Shown here piece by piece: positions 1-9,823 of a DNA stretch of 64,000 nt (positions within the stretch are counted from its first letter, which is position 1; every line of letters begins with the position of its first letter). The DNA lies in NCBI GenBank assembly GCA_036567785.1, contig DATCTV010000027.1:97384-161383 (forward strand), in the 5' to 3' direction. The stretch is from Desulfomonilia bacterium (lineage in GTDB: Bacteria > Desulfobacterota > Desulfomonilia > UBA1062). The position numbers and the translations under genes are program-made. Below the pieces are notes generated by a model. That model worked only from the letters and a program-made list of their open reading frames with translations. It made no database searches and was not told the DNA's origin.

Positions 1-406
1 TATTTTTGAGCTGGCATATGCGGCGCAGGCTTGATGTGCCCACCCGGGCCGATTCGGGAAGGTTCCTGATGGTGTATCCGCAACTTGAAAAGAGCATGTC
101 ACAGGGGTCTTCACGCAAAAGATAGGCTGCAATAGTGAGCCCTTCAGGCGATATCGACTGCATGTCCTTCAGGCTGTGAACGGCCATGTCAATTCCCCCG
201 GAAAGAAGATAGTTTTCAATTTCTTTTACAAAAACACCCTTGCCTCCGATAACTGCAAGCGGTTCCGTTGAGACATCTCCCTCCGTCTTTATAACCATCA
301 CCTCTATGTTGAGGCCTGGATCTGCTGACAGCATCAGATTTTTAACGATCTCTGTCTGGGCCAGCGCAAGGGCGCTACCCCTTGTGCCTATCCTTATATT
401 CTTCAT
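1..406 (-). CDS. hemC: Porphobilinogen deaminase (hydroxymethylbilane synthase), 3'-truncated by the window edge
   Basis: Reverse-complement translation from the ATG at 406 gives MKNIRIGTRGSALALAQTEIV...GGKGVFVKEIE, the canonical HemC N-terminus. The frame is open to the window edge. Its 5' end overlaps hemA's 3' end by about 32 bp. Confidence 0.8.
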   Translation of the reverse strand, partial: MKNIRIGTRGSALALAQTEIVKNLMLSADPGLNIEVMVIKTEGDVSTEPLAVIGGKGVFVKEIENYLLSGGIDMAVHSLKDMQSISPEGLTIAAYLLREDPCDMLFSSCGYTIRNLPESARVGTSSLRRICQLKN

Positions 407-1610
407 CAAGTTTAAAAAGCCTCCTGGCATATTCTATATGTACAGCTGCCGGATGGTCATTCAAAAAGCTTACCGGTCTGTGCAGGAATCTTTTCAATCC
501 GGATTTCAGGGCTGTTTCGAAAGCCATCTTTTCTCCGTCCGGGAGTTCCTGCAAGGATGACTGCTCTTTTGCATATGATTCAATGAGGTTGTACAAGTCT
601 TTTACTGTGTCCTGGGCATTAAGGCGTGAAAGCCATCTTTCGAATAAATCAACCTCATAGTTGATTATCTCGATGGCCTTTCCCGTATGCAGAAGCCTTT
701 TTGAGTAATGTTTGTCTGCAATCGATTTGAGGGCATCGATGTCATAGAGAAAGCAGTTATAAAGCCGGGAGACTTCGCTCTCTACGTCTCTCGGTACGGC
801 GATGTCGATGATTATAACCTCCCTGTTCTTCCTGTGCTTCATTACCTCTGACATCATTTCCTTCGTGATGATCGGTATGAGGGAGCCTGTTGACGTGATG
901 ATGATATCAGAGGCGACGAGCTCTTCCTTCAGTGAATCGAATGGTTTCGGGATGCCGTCTAGCTCTGAAGCAAGCAGGCATGCGTTTTCATAAGTCCTGT
1001 TGAGGACAGTTATTGTGTTTACGCCTTTTACCCTGAGCCTTTTGCCGGCAATGGATGCCATATCGCCTGCTCCTATGATAAGAGCCCTGCTTTTCTTTAT
1101 GTCGTCGAAAATATGGCAGGCAAGTTCGACTGCCTCCGATGCCACCGATACGGGGTAATTGCCTATATCGGTTTCAGTCCTTACGCGTTTGGCGGCCTTG
1201 AATGTCCTGTGAAGGGCCTTGTCCAGATAGATCGAGGTGATGCCGTGAGCGACGGATTCCCGATATGCATCCTTGACCTGGCCCAGTATCTGCGGTTCGC
1301 CTAATACAAGTGAATCAAGGCCGGAAGCGACCGTGAAGAGATGCCTTAAGGCCTCCTGCCCTGAAAAAGACTCGGAATAGGTTTTGAGCTCTTCGGTGTC
1401 AATTCCAGAGATCCCTGTCAGAACTTCCCATATGCTGTTTTCGACGGCGTTTACCCAGTATATTTCCGTTCTGTTGCATGTGCAGAGCACATATGCTTCC
1501 ATGCCGTCCGAAAGGATGCCGCTCATGTCCGATGGTTTTATCATAAGCCTTTCCCTGACTGAAAGAGGAGCAGTGCGGTGGTTTATGCTGATGCAGTTTA
1601 TGGGGTTCAT
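375..1610 (-). CDS. hemA: Glutamyl-tRNA reductase
   Basis: ORF 375..1769 (-). The conserved HemA N-terminus MNPINCISINHRTAPLSVRERL begins at an internal ATG (1610). This ATG overlaps the upstream gene's TGA by 4 bp (ATGA), and an AGGA ribosome-binding site lies 7 nt upstream. A C-terminal NAD(P) Rossmann motif (IIGAGDMA) is present. Confidence 0.9.
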   Translation of the reverse strand: MNPINCISINHRTAPLSVRERLMIKPSDMSGILSDGMEAYVLCTCNRTEIYWVNAVENSIWEVLTGISGIDTEELKTYSESFSGQEALRHLFTVASGLDSLVLGEPQILGQVKDAYRESVAHGITSIYLDKALHRTFKAAKRVRTETDIGNYPVSVASEAVELACHIFDDIKKSRALIIGAGDMASIAGKRLRVKGVNTITVLNRTYENACLLASELDGIPKPFDSLKEELVASDIIITSTGSLIPIITKEMMSEVMKHRKNREVIIIDIAVPRDVESEVSRLYNCFLYDIDALKSIADKHYSKRLLHTGKAIEIINYEVDLFERWLSRLNAQDTVKDLYNLIESYAKEQSSLQELPDGEKMAFETALKSGLKRFLHRPVSFLNDHPAAVHIEYARRLFKLDEEYKDRHKG

Positions 1611-2413
1611 GTGAGGATCCTGAGTCCGTGCGCCCCCGGGAAAAAGATTTCGATAGATATGGTAAGCACGGCCATGACAACAAATCCTGCGAGGGTGATT
1701 GCTGCTGTGCGTCTGCCTCTCCAGCCTATTGCAAAGCGCTGGTGAAGGATAAAAGCGAATATCAACCACATTACGGCGCCGGAAATTATTTTGGGTGCGA
1801 TGAGCGAAAGCTTCAATCCGGCATTTGATGCCCAGAATCCCCCGATAATCATGCCTAATGTCATTGCAACGAATCCGGCGCTGAGCGTTGATGCTGTCAA
1901 TTTATCCAGCAGTACAAGCGGTGGAAGGTTGGATGCGGCGCTGTGGATTGTTCCTTTTTTGATGGACCTGTCATGGATGAGATAAACAACAGAGGCTATG
2001 CCGGATACCAGGAACAGAGCGTCTCCTGTAATTACACAGGATGTATGCAGGAAGAACCAGAATCCCGATTTCTGGACACCGATATGATACAGACCCAGAG
2101 ATTGCGATACAAGCGAGAGCGTGAATATAGCAAAAGGGGCGAAAAACGCACCGAACGATATGGTATTTTTCAGTAAAACGGCAGAGGTAAAGATAATGGA
2201 TGCAATGAGAATGGTCATGTTAACGGCCTGTGGAACGTCTGCAATAGGGAATTCACCTATGCGTATTCCCAGGAGGATGGTATAGGCAAGATGGGAAGTG
2301 GCACTGGTTATGAGTGAAAGTGTAGATGCCTTTTTCAGCATATCGTTTCTGGTGAAGAGATGCATTACCGTAAGAATGGCGGTGATGCCATAAAAGATCA
2401 GTACTGCCGTCAC
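1607..2413 (-). CDS. CcsA/HemX-like cytochrome c assembly family integral membrane protein
   Basis: 268-aa polytopic membrane protein with a WxxxW-rich CcsA-like core. Its position immediately upstream of hemA, with 4-bp overlaps on both sides, is typical of hemX/ccsA-like genes in heme operons. Confidence 0.7.
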   Translation of the reverse strand: MTAVLIFYGITAILTVMHLFTRNDMLKKASTLSLITSATSHLAYTILLGIRIGEFPIADVPQAVNMTILIASIIFTSAVLLKNTISFGAFFAPFAIFTLSLVSQSLGLYHIGVQKSGFWFFLHTSCVITGDALFLVSGIASVVYLIHDRSIKKGTIHSAASNLPPLVLLDKLTASTLSAGFVAMTLGMIIGGFWASNAGLKLSLIAPKIISGAVMWLIFAFILHQRFAIGWRGRRTAAITLAGFVVMAVLTISIEIFFPGAHGLRILT

Positions 2414-3066
2414 AGTATTTCCTCCAGGTCGACTTCAACACCGATAGCCTGTTTCAATATGGATTTTACCTCATCTTTTCTAGATTTCCTTATGGCTTCC
2501 GGCAGGGACGAGTTGATAAGTATCTCAAAAACCCTTTTGTGAGCTTCATGTCCGCCGTTCTGAGAAACCACGATCGGTCTTATCCTGCCGAGAATCCTGG
2601 CGAGTATTTCGTATTCGCTTCCGAGAGCGGCGCTCAGTTCCTGCCGGAGTTTTTTTGAAAGGGCTGGCGATATTCCGCCTGTCGAGATTGCTATCTTGAT
2701 CGGCCCTTTTTCTACAACGGAAGGGACTATGAAACTGCAGAGTTCAGGCGTATCCACAACGTTGCAGAAGACATTAAGCTTTCGGGCATCCATGCTTACC
2801 GCCTTGTTCGTTTCTTCACTGTCGGTTGCGGCAAAGACCAGAAAGGCGTCTTTCAAATCGGATTTGTCGTACTCTTTCTTTCTGATCTCCAGGCCTTGAA
2901 ACCTTAAGATGGACCTGGATATTTCAGGTGCCACAACCCTTACGGCAGCCCCGTTGGCAAGAAGCGCCTCGATCTTTCTGAATGCAACCGCTCCCCCCCC
3001 GACGACAACGCAAAGCTTGTCTTCGAGGTCTAGAAAAACCGGGTAATATTTATTTTCCAGTTCCAT
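2410..3066 (-). CDS. sirC: Precorrin-2 dehydrogenase / sirohydrochlorin ferrochelatase (siroheme synthase N-terminal domain, Met8/SirC-like)
   Basis: N-terminal LCVVVGGGAVAFRKIEALLANGAAVRVVAP Rossmann motif and a 218-aa size match Met8/CysG-N. It is operonic with ccsA-hemA-hemC. Confidence 0.75.
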   Translation of the reverse strand: MELENKYYPVFLDLEDKLCVVVGGGAVAFRKIEALLANGAAVRVVAPEISRSILRFQGLEIRKKEYDKSDLKDAFLVFAATDSEETNKAVSMDARKLNVFCNVVDTPELCSFIVPSVVEKGPIKIAISTGGISPALSKKLRQELSAALGSEYEILARILGRIRPIVVSQNGGHEAHKRVFEILINSSLPEAIRKSRKDEVKSILKQAIGVEVDLEEIL

Positions 3067-3255
3067 ATTCTTTCTTCTTCCGAAGACCTTATTATAACAG
3101 TAAAATATAATTTCAATAGAAATAACCCGAATATTTCATATGCACCAAAGGCAATTCAGTTCTGTATGATTGCACTCAGAAAGAAGTTTTTTATCGTCCA
3201 TTGAGGATTGAATGGCAGGAAGGGGATGAGGTTAAGACAGTCTATCAGGGTTTTA

Positions 3256-3531
3256 TTACCTGTCTTCACGCTGACTATCGTTAGAAGCGCCTGAGCCGTC
3301 TCCGTCTAATCCTTTCTGTGCCCGTTCGGCCTCTTTTTTGTAACTCTCATCCAGTTTCTTCTCAATCATCTCCTTCTTTTTTACGGCATCCATTCCGGCG
3401 GCGGATTTCACAGTATCGTCAATGGACTTTCTTGATTCGGTGCCCTCACAGCCGGTATTTATAAGAATCATCGTTAATGAGAAAATGCAGATGATGGAAA
3501 AGGATATCAAGTTGCGCAGGTGTGATTTCAT
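3256..3531 (-). CDS. Small secreted lipoprotein, hypothetical
   Basis: Signal peptide with lipobox (LINTGC) followed by a charged, K/E-rich mature region. No recognisable domain. Confidence 0.45.
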   Translation of the reverse strand: MKSHLRNLISFSIICIFSLTMILINTGCEGTESRKSIDDTVKSAAGMDAVKKKEMIEKKLDESYKKEAERAQKGLDGDGSGASNDSQREDR

Positions 3532-3549
3532 AAGCAGGCTCCTTATTTA

Positions 3550-4335
3550 TTATCTGGTTTTTATAATATCCTTAAGTTTTATTTCAGGCTGATGGTATCT
3601 TTCATATTTAGGGGTATTCCTGCCATATTCAATTGCCTGCTCGGGACACCATTGGAGACATGCATAACACTGCTGGCATTTGTGGCTCCAGCAAGGCCTG
3701 CCTTCGATGTAGCTGATATTTTCCGCAGGGCAGACCCTGGCGCAGATGCCGCAGCTGTTGCACTTTTCGTTAAGCCAGAAGCTTTTGTCCATTCCCGGAA
3801 CCATTGAAAAGGTTAACCTGTATATGGCCGAGAAGACTATTCTTTGCCACAGCGGCCCTTTCTCCATATCTCTTGCCTCTTTATTGTTGATGACCGATGC
3901 AATGTTTAATATCTTTTCCTCAGCCTCTTTGTAGAGTTTCAGGCAGTGTTCTTTGGTGCCGGGACCGCCCCAGGGAATATAATTTGAAGGCATTTTGATT
4001 TCAAAACCGGAGGAAAGCTTTGATCCGTTCCTGTCCATGAATGTTTTAAGCTGCACGAGAGTGTTTGAAACCTGGCCCCCGTTGACTGCCACTGCAAAGA
4101 TATAATCACTCTTGATAGTCGTACTGTTTTTAACAAAATCTAGAACAGGTGCCGGGACGCCCCAGATATATACCGGAAAAACAAGGCCGATTATTCCGCC
4201 ATCCTGCATGTAGGGTTTTTCTTTCTTGCCGATCATTGGAATGATACTGACGGGATTATCAAGTTTTTCAGCAATCTTTCTTGCTGTCCATAATGAATTG
4301 CCGGTACCGGTGTAATAAAAAATTGTCCCGGGCAT
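3550..4335 (-). CDS. Flavodoxin-like domain fused to a 2x[4Fe-4S] ferredoxin (EFR1-type ferredoxin)
   Basis: N-terminal flavodoxin-like IFYYTGTGNSLWTARKIAEKL. Two CxxCxxCxxxCP motifs (CNSCGICARVCP, CQQCYACLQWCP). Confidence 0.65.
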   Translation of the reverse strand: MPGTIFYYTGTGNSLWTARKIAEKLDNPVSIIPMIGKKEKPYMQDGGIIGLVFPVYIWGVPAPVLDFVKNSTTIKSDYIFAVAVNGGQVSNTLVQLKTFMDRNGSKLSSGFEIKMPSNYIPWGGPGTKEHCLKLYKEAEEKILNIASVINNKEARDMEKGPLWQRIVFSAIYRLTFSMVPGMDKSFWLNEKCNSCGICARVCPAENISYIEGRPCWSHKCQQCYACLQWCPEQAIEYGRNTPKYERYHQPEIKLKDIIKTR

Positions 4336-4372
4336 GAAGGTCTCCTCTATAAAAATAATTTAAAAATAAAAA

Positions 4373-4398
4373 CTCCCGCACAAAAGAACGGGAGTTTG
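4373..4398 (-). terminator. Rho-independent terminator of the HU gene
   Basis: Stem CTCCCG / CGGGAG with a 10-nt loop. On the minus strand it is followed by a T-rich run (TTTTTATTTTTAAATT). Confidence 0.6.
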
Positions 4399-4418
4399 GA
4401 AAATTTTTTTAGATGATA

Positions 4419-4709
4419 CTACTTCTTTTTCTTTTTGCCGGCGACAAGCTCCTTCAGCCCTTTGCCTGCTTTGAACTTGGGTGCTTTTGTAGCTGCGATC
4501 TTTATGGGTTTCTTTGTCTGCGGATTGACACCCTGTCTGGCTGCCCTTTCGACAACCTCAAATGTTCCGAAGCCTACAAGTGTTACCTTGTCTCCCTTTT
4601 TGAGCGCGCCGCTGATGCCGTCGATTACTGCATTTACTGCTTTTTCGGCTGCCGCTTTGGAACCGCCTGCCTTTTCAGCTACAAATGCCACCAGATCCGT
4701 CTTTGTCAT
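4419..4709 (-). CDS. hup: HU family nucleoid DNA-binding protein with lysine-rich C-terminal tail
   Basis: MTKTDLVAFVAEKAGGSKAAAEKAVNAVIDGI...GFGTFEVVERAARQGVNPQT is the classic HU/IHF fold signature. The C-terminus ends in KAPKFKAGKGLKELVAGKKKKK. Confidence 0.85.
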   Translation of the reverse strand: MTKTDLVAFVAEKAGGSKAAAEKAVNAVIDGISGALKKGDKVTLVGFGTFEVVERAARQGVNPQTKKPIKIAATKAPKFKAGKGLKELVAGKKKKK

Positions 4710-5028
4710 CCTTTGTTCCTCCTTCTCTTATTTATATTATTTAGTTTTTTAACTCTGTTTCTATTCTGGCAAACGGGATGAGATATTCATGATGTAGTGC
4801 TGCTTTTTTGCCGTTCTTAAACTTATCGACCGCATGAATCCGCAACTTGAGATATTCTTTAAAAAATCATGTCTGCGGATACTCATAAACAGCATATGTA
4901 TGAATAATATAGTAGTATTTTTATCTGTCAACAGGAATTGTTATAAAAATATAAGATATTGCTTTAAATGGCCTCTCACTGTATTCTGTATAATCAGATT
5001 AGCTTTATTATATTAATAGGAGGATGTT

Positions 5029-6783
5029 ATGAGGGGAATGAAAAAGATATTTTATATCCTTATTCTGTTCTCTGCGGTGTCTCTATCCGGATGTGTTGAA
5101 AACGGCTCCAGCACAGCAGAAACAGCCGGTATTCAGTCATCCGGTGATAACAATCAGCCTTTGGATGCAGACAGACAGACCTCTGATTCTAAATCTCCGG
5201 CAGATCAGCCCGGACGCTATGTGCTGAACATGTACCATTTCAATCTGCAGTATGTCGCAGGCTGTGATATCTGTTATAAAAGGGTTATTCAGAGTTTCGA
5301 ACCGCTTGTGGATTTCTATATCGCGCATCCTGAATACGGAGCAGACTTCGAAATGCAGGGTCTGATGATTGAATACATGGCTGAAAATTATCCTGCCGTG
5401 CTGGAAAAATTCAGGAAAATAGTCAATTCAGGCCAGGTTGACCTTGTTTCTTTTCATTACTCCGACCAGCTTCTGATGGCTTATCCGGCACATGACCAGC
5501 AGTGGTCGATAGGTATAAACAATAAGGTATTTGAGAAGTACGGCATAAAAAGGTCAGGGACAATATTTGCACAGGAGGCCATGTTCAGCGAAGGTATGGC
5601 GGACATGGGCGCAAAAAACGGGTTCAATGTCGCGGTGATGACAGGCAGTATCTACGGCTGGTTCCAGAATGCAGCTGAACCGCCCTATTACACATGCAGA
5701 GGGCTGGATGTTCTGAGGCAGGGCGGTGCTGTTTTCCCGGGTTCCGGCATCGAAGTAAACTGGGAGTTTGTCGGAGACGGCGAAACAGTTACAAGCTTTG
5801 ATCCCTATTTCCCTGTCCTGAAGTGGTATGTGAAATATTCGATAAACCAGCTTGAAAAGAAATTCGCCGATTATGTGACAAAAGGCTACACGATATCGAC
5901 AGTAAGTAAATATGTCGATGCCCTAAGGGCTGCCGGTGAAGTGCCAACTCCTCTCAAACCGATCCTTGATACCCCCTGGCGCCCAAGTGATGGAAGCGGG
6001 GTTTACCAGTGGATGGGTAAATATGTATTCCCATGGGAAGAGGATTACACCCTTCTGACCGGCAACTGGACTGCCCGCTCATGCCTCATGGCATTTGAAC
6101 GCAAATACGGCAACATATATCCTGATAAGGTCGAAGAGGCCTGGAGAAATATGCTCAAGGCCGAGGTTTCTGACAGCACAGGCTGGAGGCCGTTCCCTTC
6201 AGAAATTGAATATACCAAGGAACATGCCGATGCAGTTCTGGCAATAATACAATCCGTTGACCCGTCGCTCCTTACAAACGCCTGGACAAGACCGGAACTG
6301 ACTCCTGAAGCATCAGGCCCTGTCGAAATCAAGATAAGCGGCAATCTCCTGAAGAAGCAGATAAAATGGTACAGCTTCCCCGGTCAGGAAAACGTGTGGG
6401 TTGCAGATGTCAATCTGAAGAAAATTCCTTTAATCCCGTCCGGTCTTGTAAGCATCGATTTCCCATATGATTCCGACCTTATTGAATACAGCCCAGCGAT
6501 GCTCGAAAACGAGGTCAGGACCATAAGCATAAACGATATAAAACACAACCCCATACATCTGGCCATTCCGAACGGCTTGATCGGACTTGGTGACGGACTG
6601 TACCTTATCCGCGACAACAACTTCGGTGTGCTTGCATCCAGGATTGATATAGACGGCAAAAAGATCAGCTATCAGGCGCTCAACCCGACGGAAAATGAAC
6701 TTCACATGAGGTTCTATCTGGTCAAAGGGGAGCAGGCTACGGCTCTTACCTGGGCTGATATGATAAACAATATCAATTTATAA
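5029..6783 (+). CDS. Lipoprotein, hypothetical; possibly a distant GH57-like (seven-stranded beta/alpha barrel) glycoside hydrolase fold
   Basis: Signal peptide with lipobox (LSGC), and an AGGAGG ribosome-binding site 5 nt upstream. The N-terminal region (MYHFNLQY... GQVDLVSFHYSDQLLMAYP ... TIFAQEAMF) loosely resembles the GH57 HxHQP and E-containing motifs, but His and Glu positions are substituted. The fold assignment is speculative. Confidence 0.4.
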   Translation: MRGMKKIFYILILFSAVSLSGCVENGSSTAETAGIQSSGDNNQPLDADRQTSDSKSPADQPGRYVLNMYHFNLQYVAGCDICYKRVIQSFEPLVDFYIAHPEYGADFEMQGLMIEYMAENYPAVLEKFRKIVNSGQVDLVSFHYSDQLLMAYPAHDQQWSIGINNKVFEKYGIKRSGTIFAQEAMFSEGMADMGAKNGFNVAVMTGSIYGWFQNAAEPPYYTCRGLDVLRQGGAVFPGSGIEVNWEFVGDGETVTSFDPYFPVLKWYVKYSINQLEKKFADYVTKGYTISTVSKYVDALRAAGEVPTPLKPILDTPWRPSDGSGVYQWMGKYVFPWEEDYTLLTGNWTARSCLMAFERKYGNIYPDKVEEAWRNMLKAEVSDSTGWRPFPSEIEYTKEHADAVLAIIQSVDPSLLTNAWTRPELTPEASGPVEIKISGNLLKKQIKWYSFPGQENVWVADVNLKKIPLIPSGLVSIDFPYDSDLIEYSPAMLENEVRTISINDIKHNPIHLAIPNGLIGLGDGLYLIRDNNFGVLASRIDIDGKKISYQALNPTENELHMRFYLVKGEQATALTWADMINNINL

Positions 6784-6827
6784 ATTGAAGGATGGCCGGT
6801 TTCAACCGGCCATCCCTACTGACTCAA

Positions 6828-8348
6828 TCAGGACATAAAAAGATTCTTTGTAGCAAAATCAGGGTCGCTCGTTACATTCACGCCAAGCCTTCTCAAGCCT
6901 GCCTCATCTCCCGGTGTAGGAATGTGAGTCATATGCACCTCGCAGCCCTTAAGTTCCTTGAGTTTTTCAACCGCGAGCTGGGCCGCCGGGTTTGTTGCGG
7001 CACTTATGCTTAAAGCAACGAGGGCTTCCTGCAGGTCAAGGCTTACTGCATGTTCTTCAAGGATATCCTGCTTGAAGTGACTCAATGAATCAGTGATGCT
7101 CGCAGGCAGAAGCTTTATCTTTCCCGGTATCTCGGCGAGGTGCTTCGCAGCATGAAGAACAACGCTCGATGCGGCATGCATAAGAGGTGAGTTGCAGCCA
7201 GTTACAATTGTACCGTCTTTGAGTTCGATGGCGGCACCGCAGAATATGCCCTCATTACCTTTCGTCTGTGTCAATTGAGCCTCAAGAGCCGCCTTCCTGG
7301 CTGGTTCAACAACTTTTCTGTATTCGGGCATAAGATCAAAATCCTTTACAAGCAATTCGGCACGCTGAACGGTATCCCTGTCAGTAAAGCCCATGGCGTA
7401 TTCACACTGGTAACGGAAGAATCGCCTGATGACTTCCTGCTTTGCCGCCTCCTGTACTATGTCATCATTAATGATGGCAAAGCCTGCCCGGTTCACACCC
7501 ATGTCGGTAGGTGACTTATAGACACTTTCCCCGCCAGTAATCCTTTCCAGAATACGCCTGACAACCGGGAATACCTCTATGTCGCGGTTATAGTTTACCG
7601 AAACTTCATTGTAGGCGTTGAGATGAAAAGGGTCGATCAGGTTGAAATCCCGGATATCGGCGGTTGCTGCTTCATAGGCAATGTTCACTGGGTGCTTAAG
7701 CGGTATGTTCCAGATAGGGAATGTCTCGAATTTTGCATATCCGGCCCCCAGTCCCCGCCTGTGGTCATGATAAAGCAGCGTCAGGCATGTAGCAAGTTTG
7801 CCGCTTCCGGGACCAGGTCCCGTTACGACGACAAGCGGCTTCTTTGTCTCAATATACTCATTCGCTCCGTAGCCCTCGTCGCTTACTATCTGTTCGACAT
7901 CGGTCGGGTAGCCTTTTGTAAAGCGGTGCGTATAGACCCTTATCCCGCGTCTTTCCAGCTTGTTTTTGAAGAGTATTGCCGAGGGCTGGGAATCGAAGCG
8001 TGTTATTACTATTCCTGCGACATCGATGTCCCAGCGCTTGAGGTCATCGATCATTTTCATGGCATCGGCGTCATAGGTATGGCCGAAGTCCGCCCTGATC
8101 TTTTTCCTTTCGATATCACCCGCATATATGCAGAGCAGTATATCCGCCTTATCTTTGAGCTTTTGCAGGAGCCTCATTTTCACATTCGGGTCATAACCGG
8201 GAAGAACGCGCGCGGCATGATAATCCCAGAGAAGTTTTCCGCCGAATTCCAGATAGAGTTTGTGATTGAAGCGATTGACCCTCTCGAGGATGTAATCTGC
8301 CTGCTCGCTCAGATACAGTTCATTATCGAAACCGATGCCGCTGTTCAT
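6828..8348 (-). CDS. DUF1846 / UPF0371 family protein
   Basis: Contains LYLEFGGKL, SDEGYG, VVTGPGPGSGKLATCL, FETFPIWNIPLKHPVN and TDMGVN blocks that I recall from UPF0371 family members. Length is 506 aa. Confidence 0.7.
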   Translation of the reverse strand: MNSGIGFDNELYLSEQADYILERVNRFNHKLYLEFGGKLLWDYHAARVLPGYDPNVKMRLLQKLKDKADILLCIYAGDIERKKIRADFGHTYDADAMKMIDDLKRWDIDVAGIVITRFDSQPSAILFKNKLERRGIRVYTHRFTKGYPTDVEQIVSDEGYGANEYIETKKPLVVVTGPGPGSGKLATCLTLLYHDHRRGLGAGYAKFETFPIWNIPLKHPVNIAYEAATADIRDFNLIDPFHLNAYNEVSVNYNRDIEVFPVVRRILERITGGESVYKSPTDMGVNRAGFAIINDDIVQEAAKQEVIRRFFRYQCEYAMGFTDRDTVQRAELLVKDFDLMPEYRKVVEPARKAALEAQLTQTKGNEGIFCGAAIELKDGTIVTGCNSPLMHAASSVVLHAAKHLAEIPGKIKLLPASITDSLSHFKQDILEEHAVSLDLQEALVALSISAATNPAAQLAVEKLKELKGCEVHMTHIPTPGDEAGLRRLGVNVTSDPDFATKNLFMS

Positions 8349-8385
8349 ATGTTTCCTCCATGTAAAGAATTAAATTTAAAATAAT

Positions 8386-8409
8386 GCGGCAGGTGATTTC
8401 ACCTGCCGC
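8386..8409 (-). terminator. Rho-independent terminator downstream of rocD
   Basis: Perfect GCGGCAGGTGA / TCACCTGCCGC stem with a 2-4 nt loop. On the minus strand it is followed by an A/T-rich run. Confidence 0.6.
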
Positions 8410-8420
8410 TCAAGTCTTCT

Positions 8421-9626
8421 TTAAAGTGTCGTCAGAACATTCTCAATATGCGTCATCGCCCAGTCGATTTCATCCTTCTTTATGATTAGCGGCGGGGCAA
8501 AACGTATGACGTGCTGATGCGTTTCCTTGCAGAGAAGGCCTTTTTCCATGAGGGCTTCACAGAAGCGCCTTGCTCCGCCGGCCGATGGATGAAGTTCCAG
8601 GCCGATGAGCAGGCCCCTGCCGCGGACCTCTTTGATGTGGGGGCTTTTTATCGATGAAAGCCTTTCCATCAGGTATGCGCCCATCTTTGCGGAATTTTCC
8701 ACCATGCCCTCTTCGATAAGGACCTTGAGCGCCATCCGCGCCACGGCGCATGCAAGCGGGTTGCCTCCGAACGTGCTTCCATGGTCGCCTGGCTGAAAGA
8801 CACCCAGTACTTCCTTGTTTGAGAGAACAGCCGAGATCGGATAATAGCCGCCGGAGAGCGCCTTTCCGATAAGGGTTAGATCCGCCTCGATGCCTTCATG
8901 CTCTTCAGCGAGCAGCCTGCCTGTACGGCCAAGGCCGGTCTGTATCTCATCAGTTATCATGGTAACGTTGTTTTCGGTGCAGATTCGCCTGACCTCTTTA
9001 AGATAGCCGTCAGGTGGAATGATGATTCCGGCTTCGCCCTGGATTGGTTCGAGAAGGAATGCAACTGTGTTAGGCGTGATGGCGTCTTCAAGCGCCTTTG
9101 AATCTCCGAATGGAATGATTTTGAATCCGGGAGTGAAAGGGGCATATCCATCGCGATACTGGAATTCGGTTGAGAAACCCACTATGGTTATTGTCCTGCC
9201 GTGGAAGTTATTTTCGCAGACGATTATCTCTGCCTGGCCTTCGGCAACGCCCTTTTCACGATAGCCCCATTTGCGTACAGCCTTTATACATGATTCGACC
9301 GCTTCGGCCCCGCTGTTCATGGGAAGGATGGTGTGGGAGTTTGTAAGCTCGCACAACTCTTTATAGAAAAGTCCGAGCTGGTCATTCCTGAAAGCGCGTG
9401 ATGTAAGCGTCAGAGTATCTGCCTGTTCCTTCATCACCTGAGCAATCCTCGGGTGGCAGTGTCCCTGGTTCACGGCGGAATACGCTGAAAGGAAATCAAG
9501 GTATTTTTTACCTTCGACATCCCAGACCCAGATGCCCTTTCCTTTTGTGAGAACAACATCAAGCGGTTTGTAATTTGTTGCCCCGTAGGTTGCTTCAAGC
9601 TGGATATAATCTTTTGTGTTCAGCAT
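8421..9626 (-). CDS. rocD: Ornithine--oxo-acid aminotransferase (class-III PLP aminotransferase)
   Basis: [59 protein letters not shown] is a close OAT signature. The PLP-lysine region [11 protein letters not shown] is present. Confidence 0.88.
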   Translation of the reverse strand: MLNTKDYIQLEATYGATNYKPLDVVLTKGKGIWVWDVEGKKYLDFLSAYSAVNQGHCHPRIAQVMKEQADTLTLTSRAFRNDQLGLFYKELCELTNSHTILPMNSGAEAVESCIKAVRKWGYREKGVAEGQAEIIVCENNFHGRTITIVGFSTEFQYRDGYAPFTPGFKIIPFGDSKALEDAITPNTVAFLLEPIQGEAGIIIPPDGYLKEVRRICTENNVTMITDEIQTGLGRTGRLLAEEHEGIEADLTLIGKALSGGYYPISAVLSNKEVLGVFQPGDHGSTFGGNPLACAVARMALKVLIEEGMVENSAKMGAYLMERLSSIKSPHIKEVRGRGLLIGLELHPSAGGARRFCEALMEKGLLCKETHQHVIRFAPPLIIKKDEIDWAMTHIENVLTTL

Positions 9627-9706
9627 GCCTCACCTCTGATAGTTTGAATGATTTATGACAGTCCTGAACATAAACACTTAAAATATTATGTCAACATGCA
9701 GTTAAA

Positions 9707-9823
9707 AGTTGTGAGTTGTGAGTGGTTAGAAAAAACAAACCGGCAATACTGTTAAATGATAGACTTGTTTACGGTTAAGCCTGGAATAATGGCTTCCTGT
9801 TCTTCAACTCACCACTCACCACT
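9707..9823. repeat. Imperfect long-range inverted repeat built from tandem heptamers (GTGAGTT GTGAGTG G ... ACTCACC ACTCACC ACT) in the rocD/proC divergent intergenic region
   Basis: The left arm 9707-9725 matches the reverse complement of the right arm 9805-9823 at 17 of 20 positions. The spacer is about 80 nt. Each arm is itself a 2.5x tandem heptamer. Confidence 0.5.

Noticed and set aside
240-660. Plus-strand ORFs of 106 and 92 aa
   Set aside because: Antisense to the hemC and hemA coding sequence.
75-4855. Repeated 13-mer ATCCGCAACTTGA at about 78-90 and 4838-4850
   Set aside because: A single 13-mer coincidence is expected by chance roughly 30 times in a 64-kb window when both strands are counted. 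No extended similarity surrounds either copy.
7623-8384. 253-aa plus-strand ORF
   Set aside because: Fully antisense to the well-supported DUF1846 gene, with no ribosome-binding site and Cys/Arg-rich low-complexity translation.
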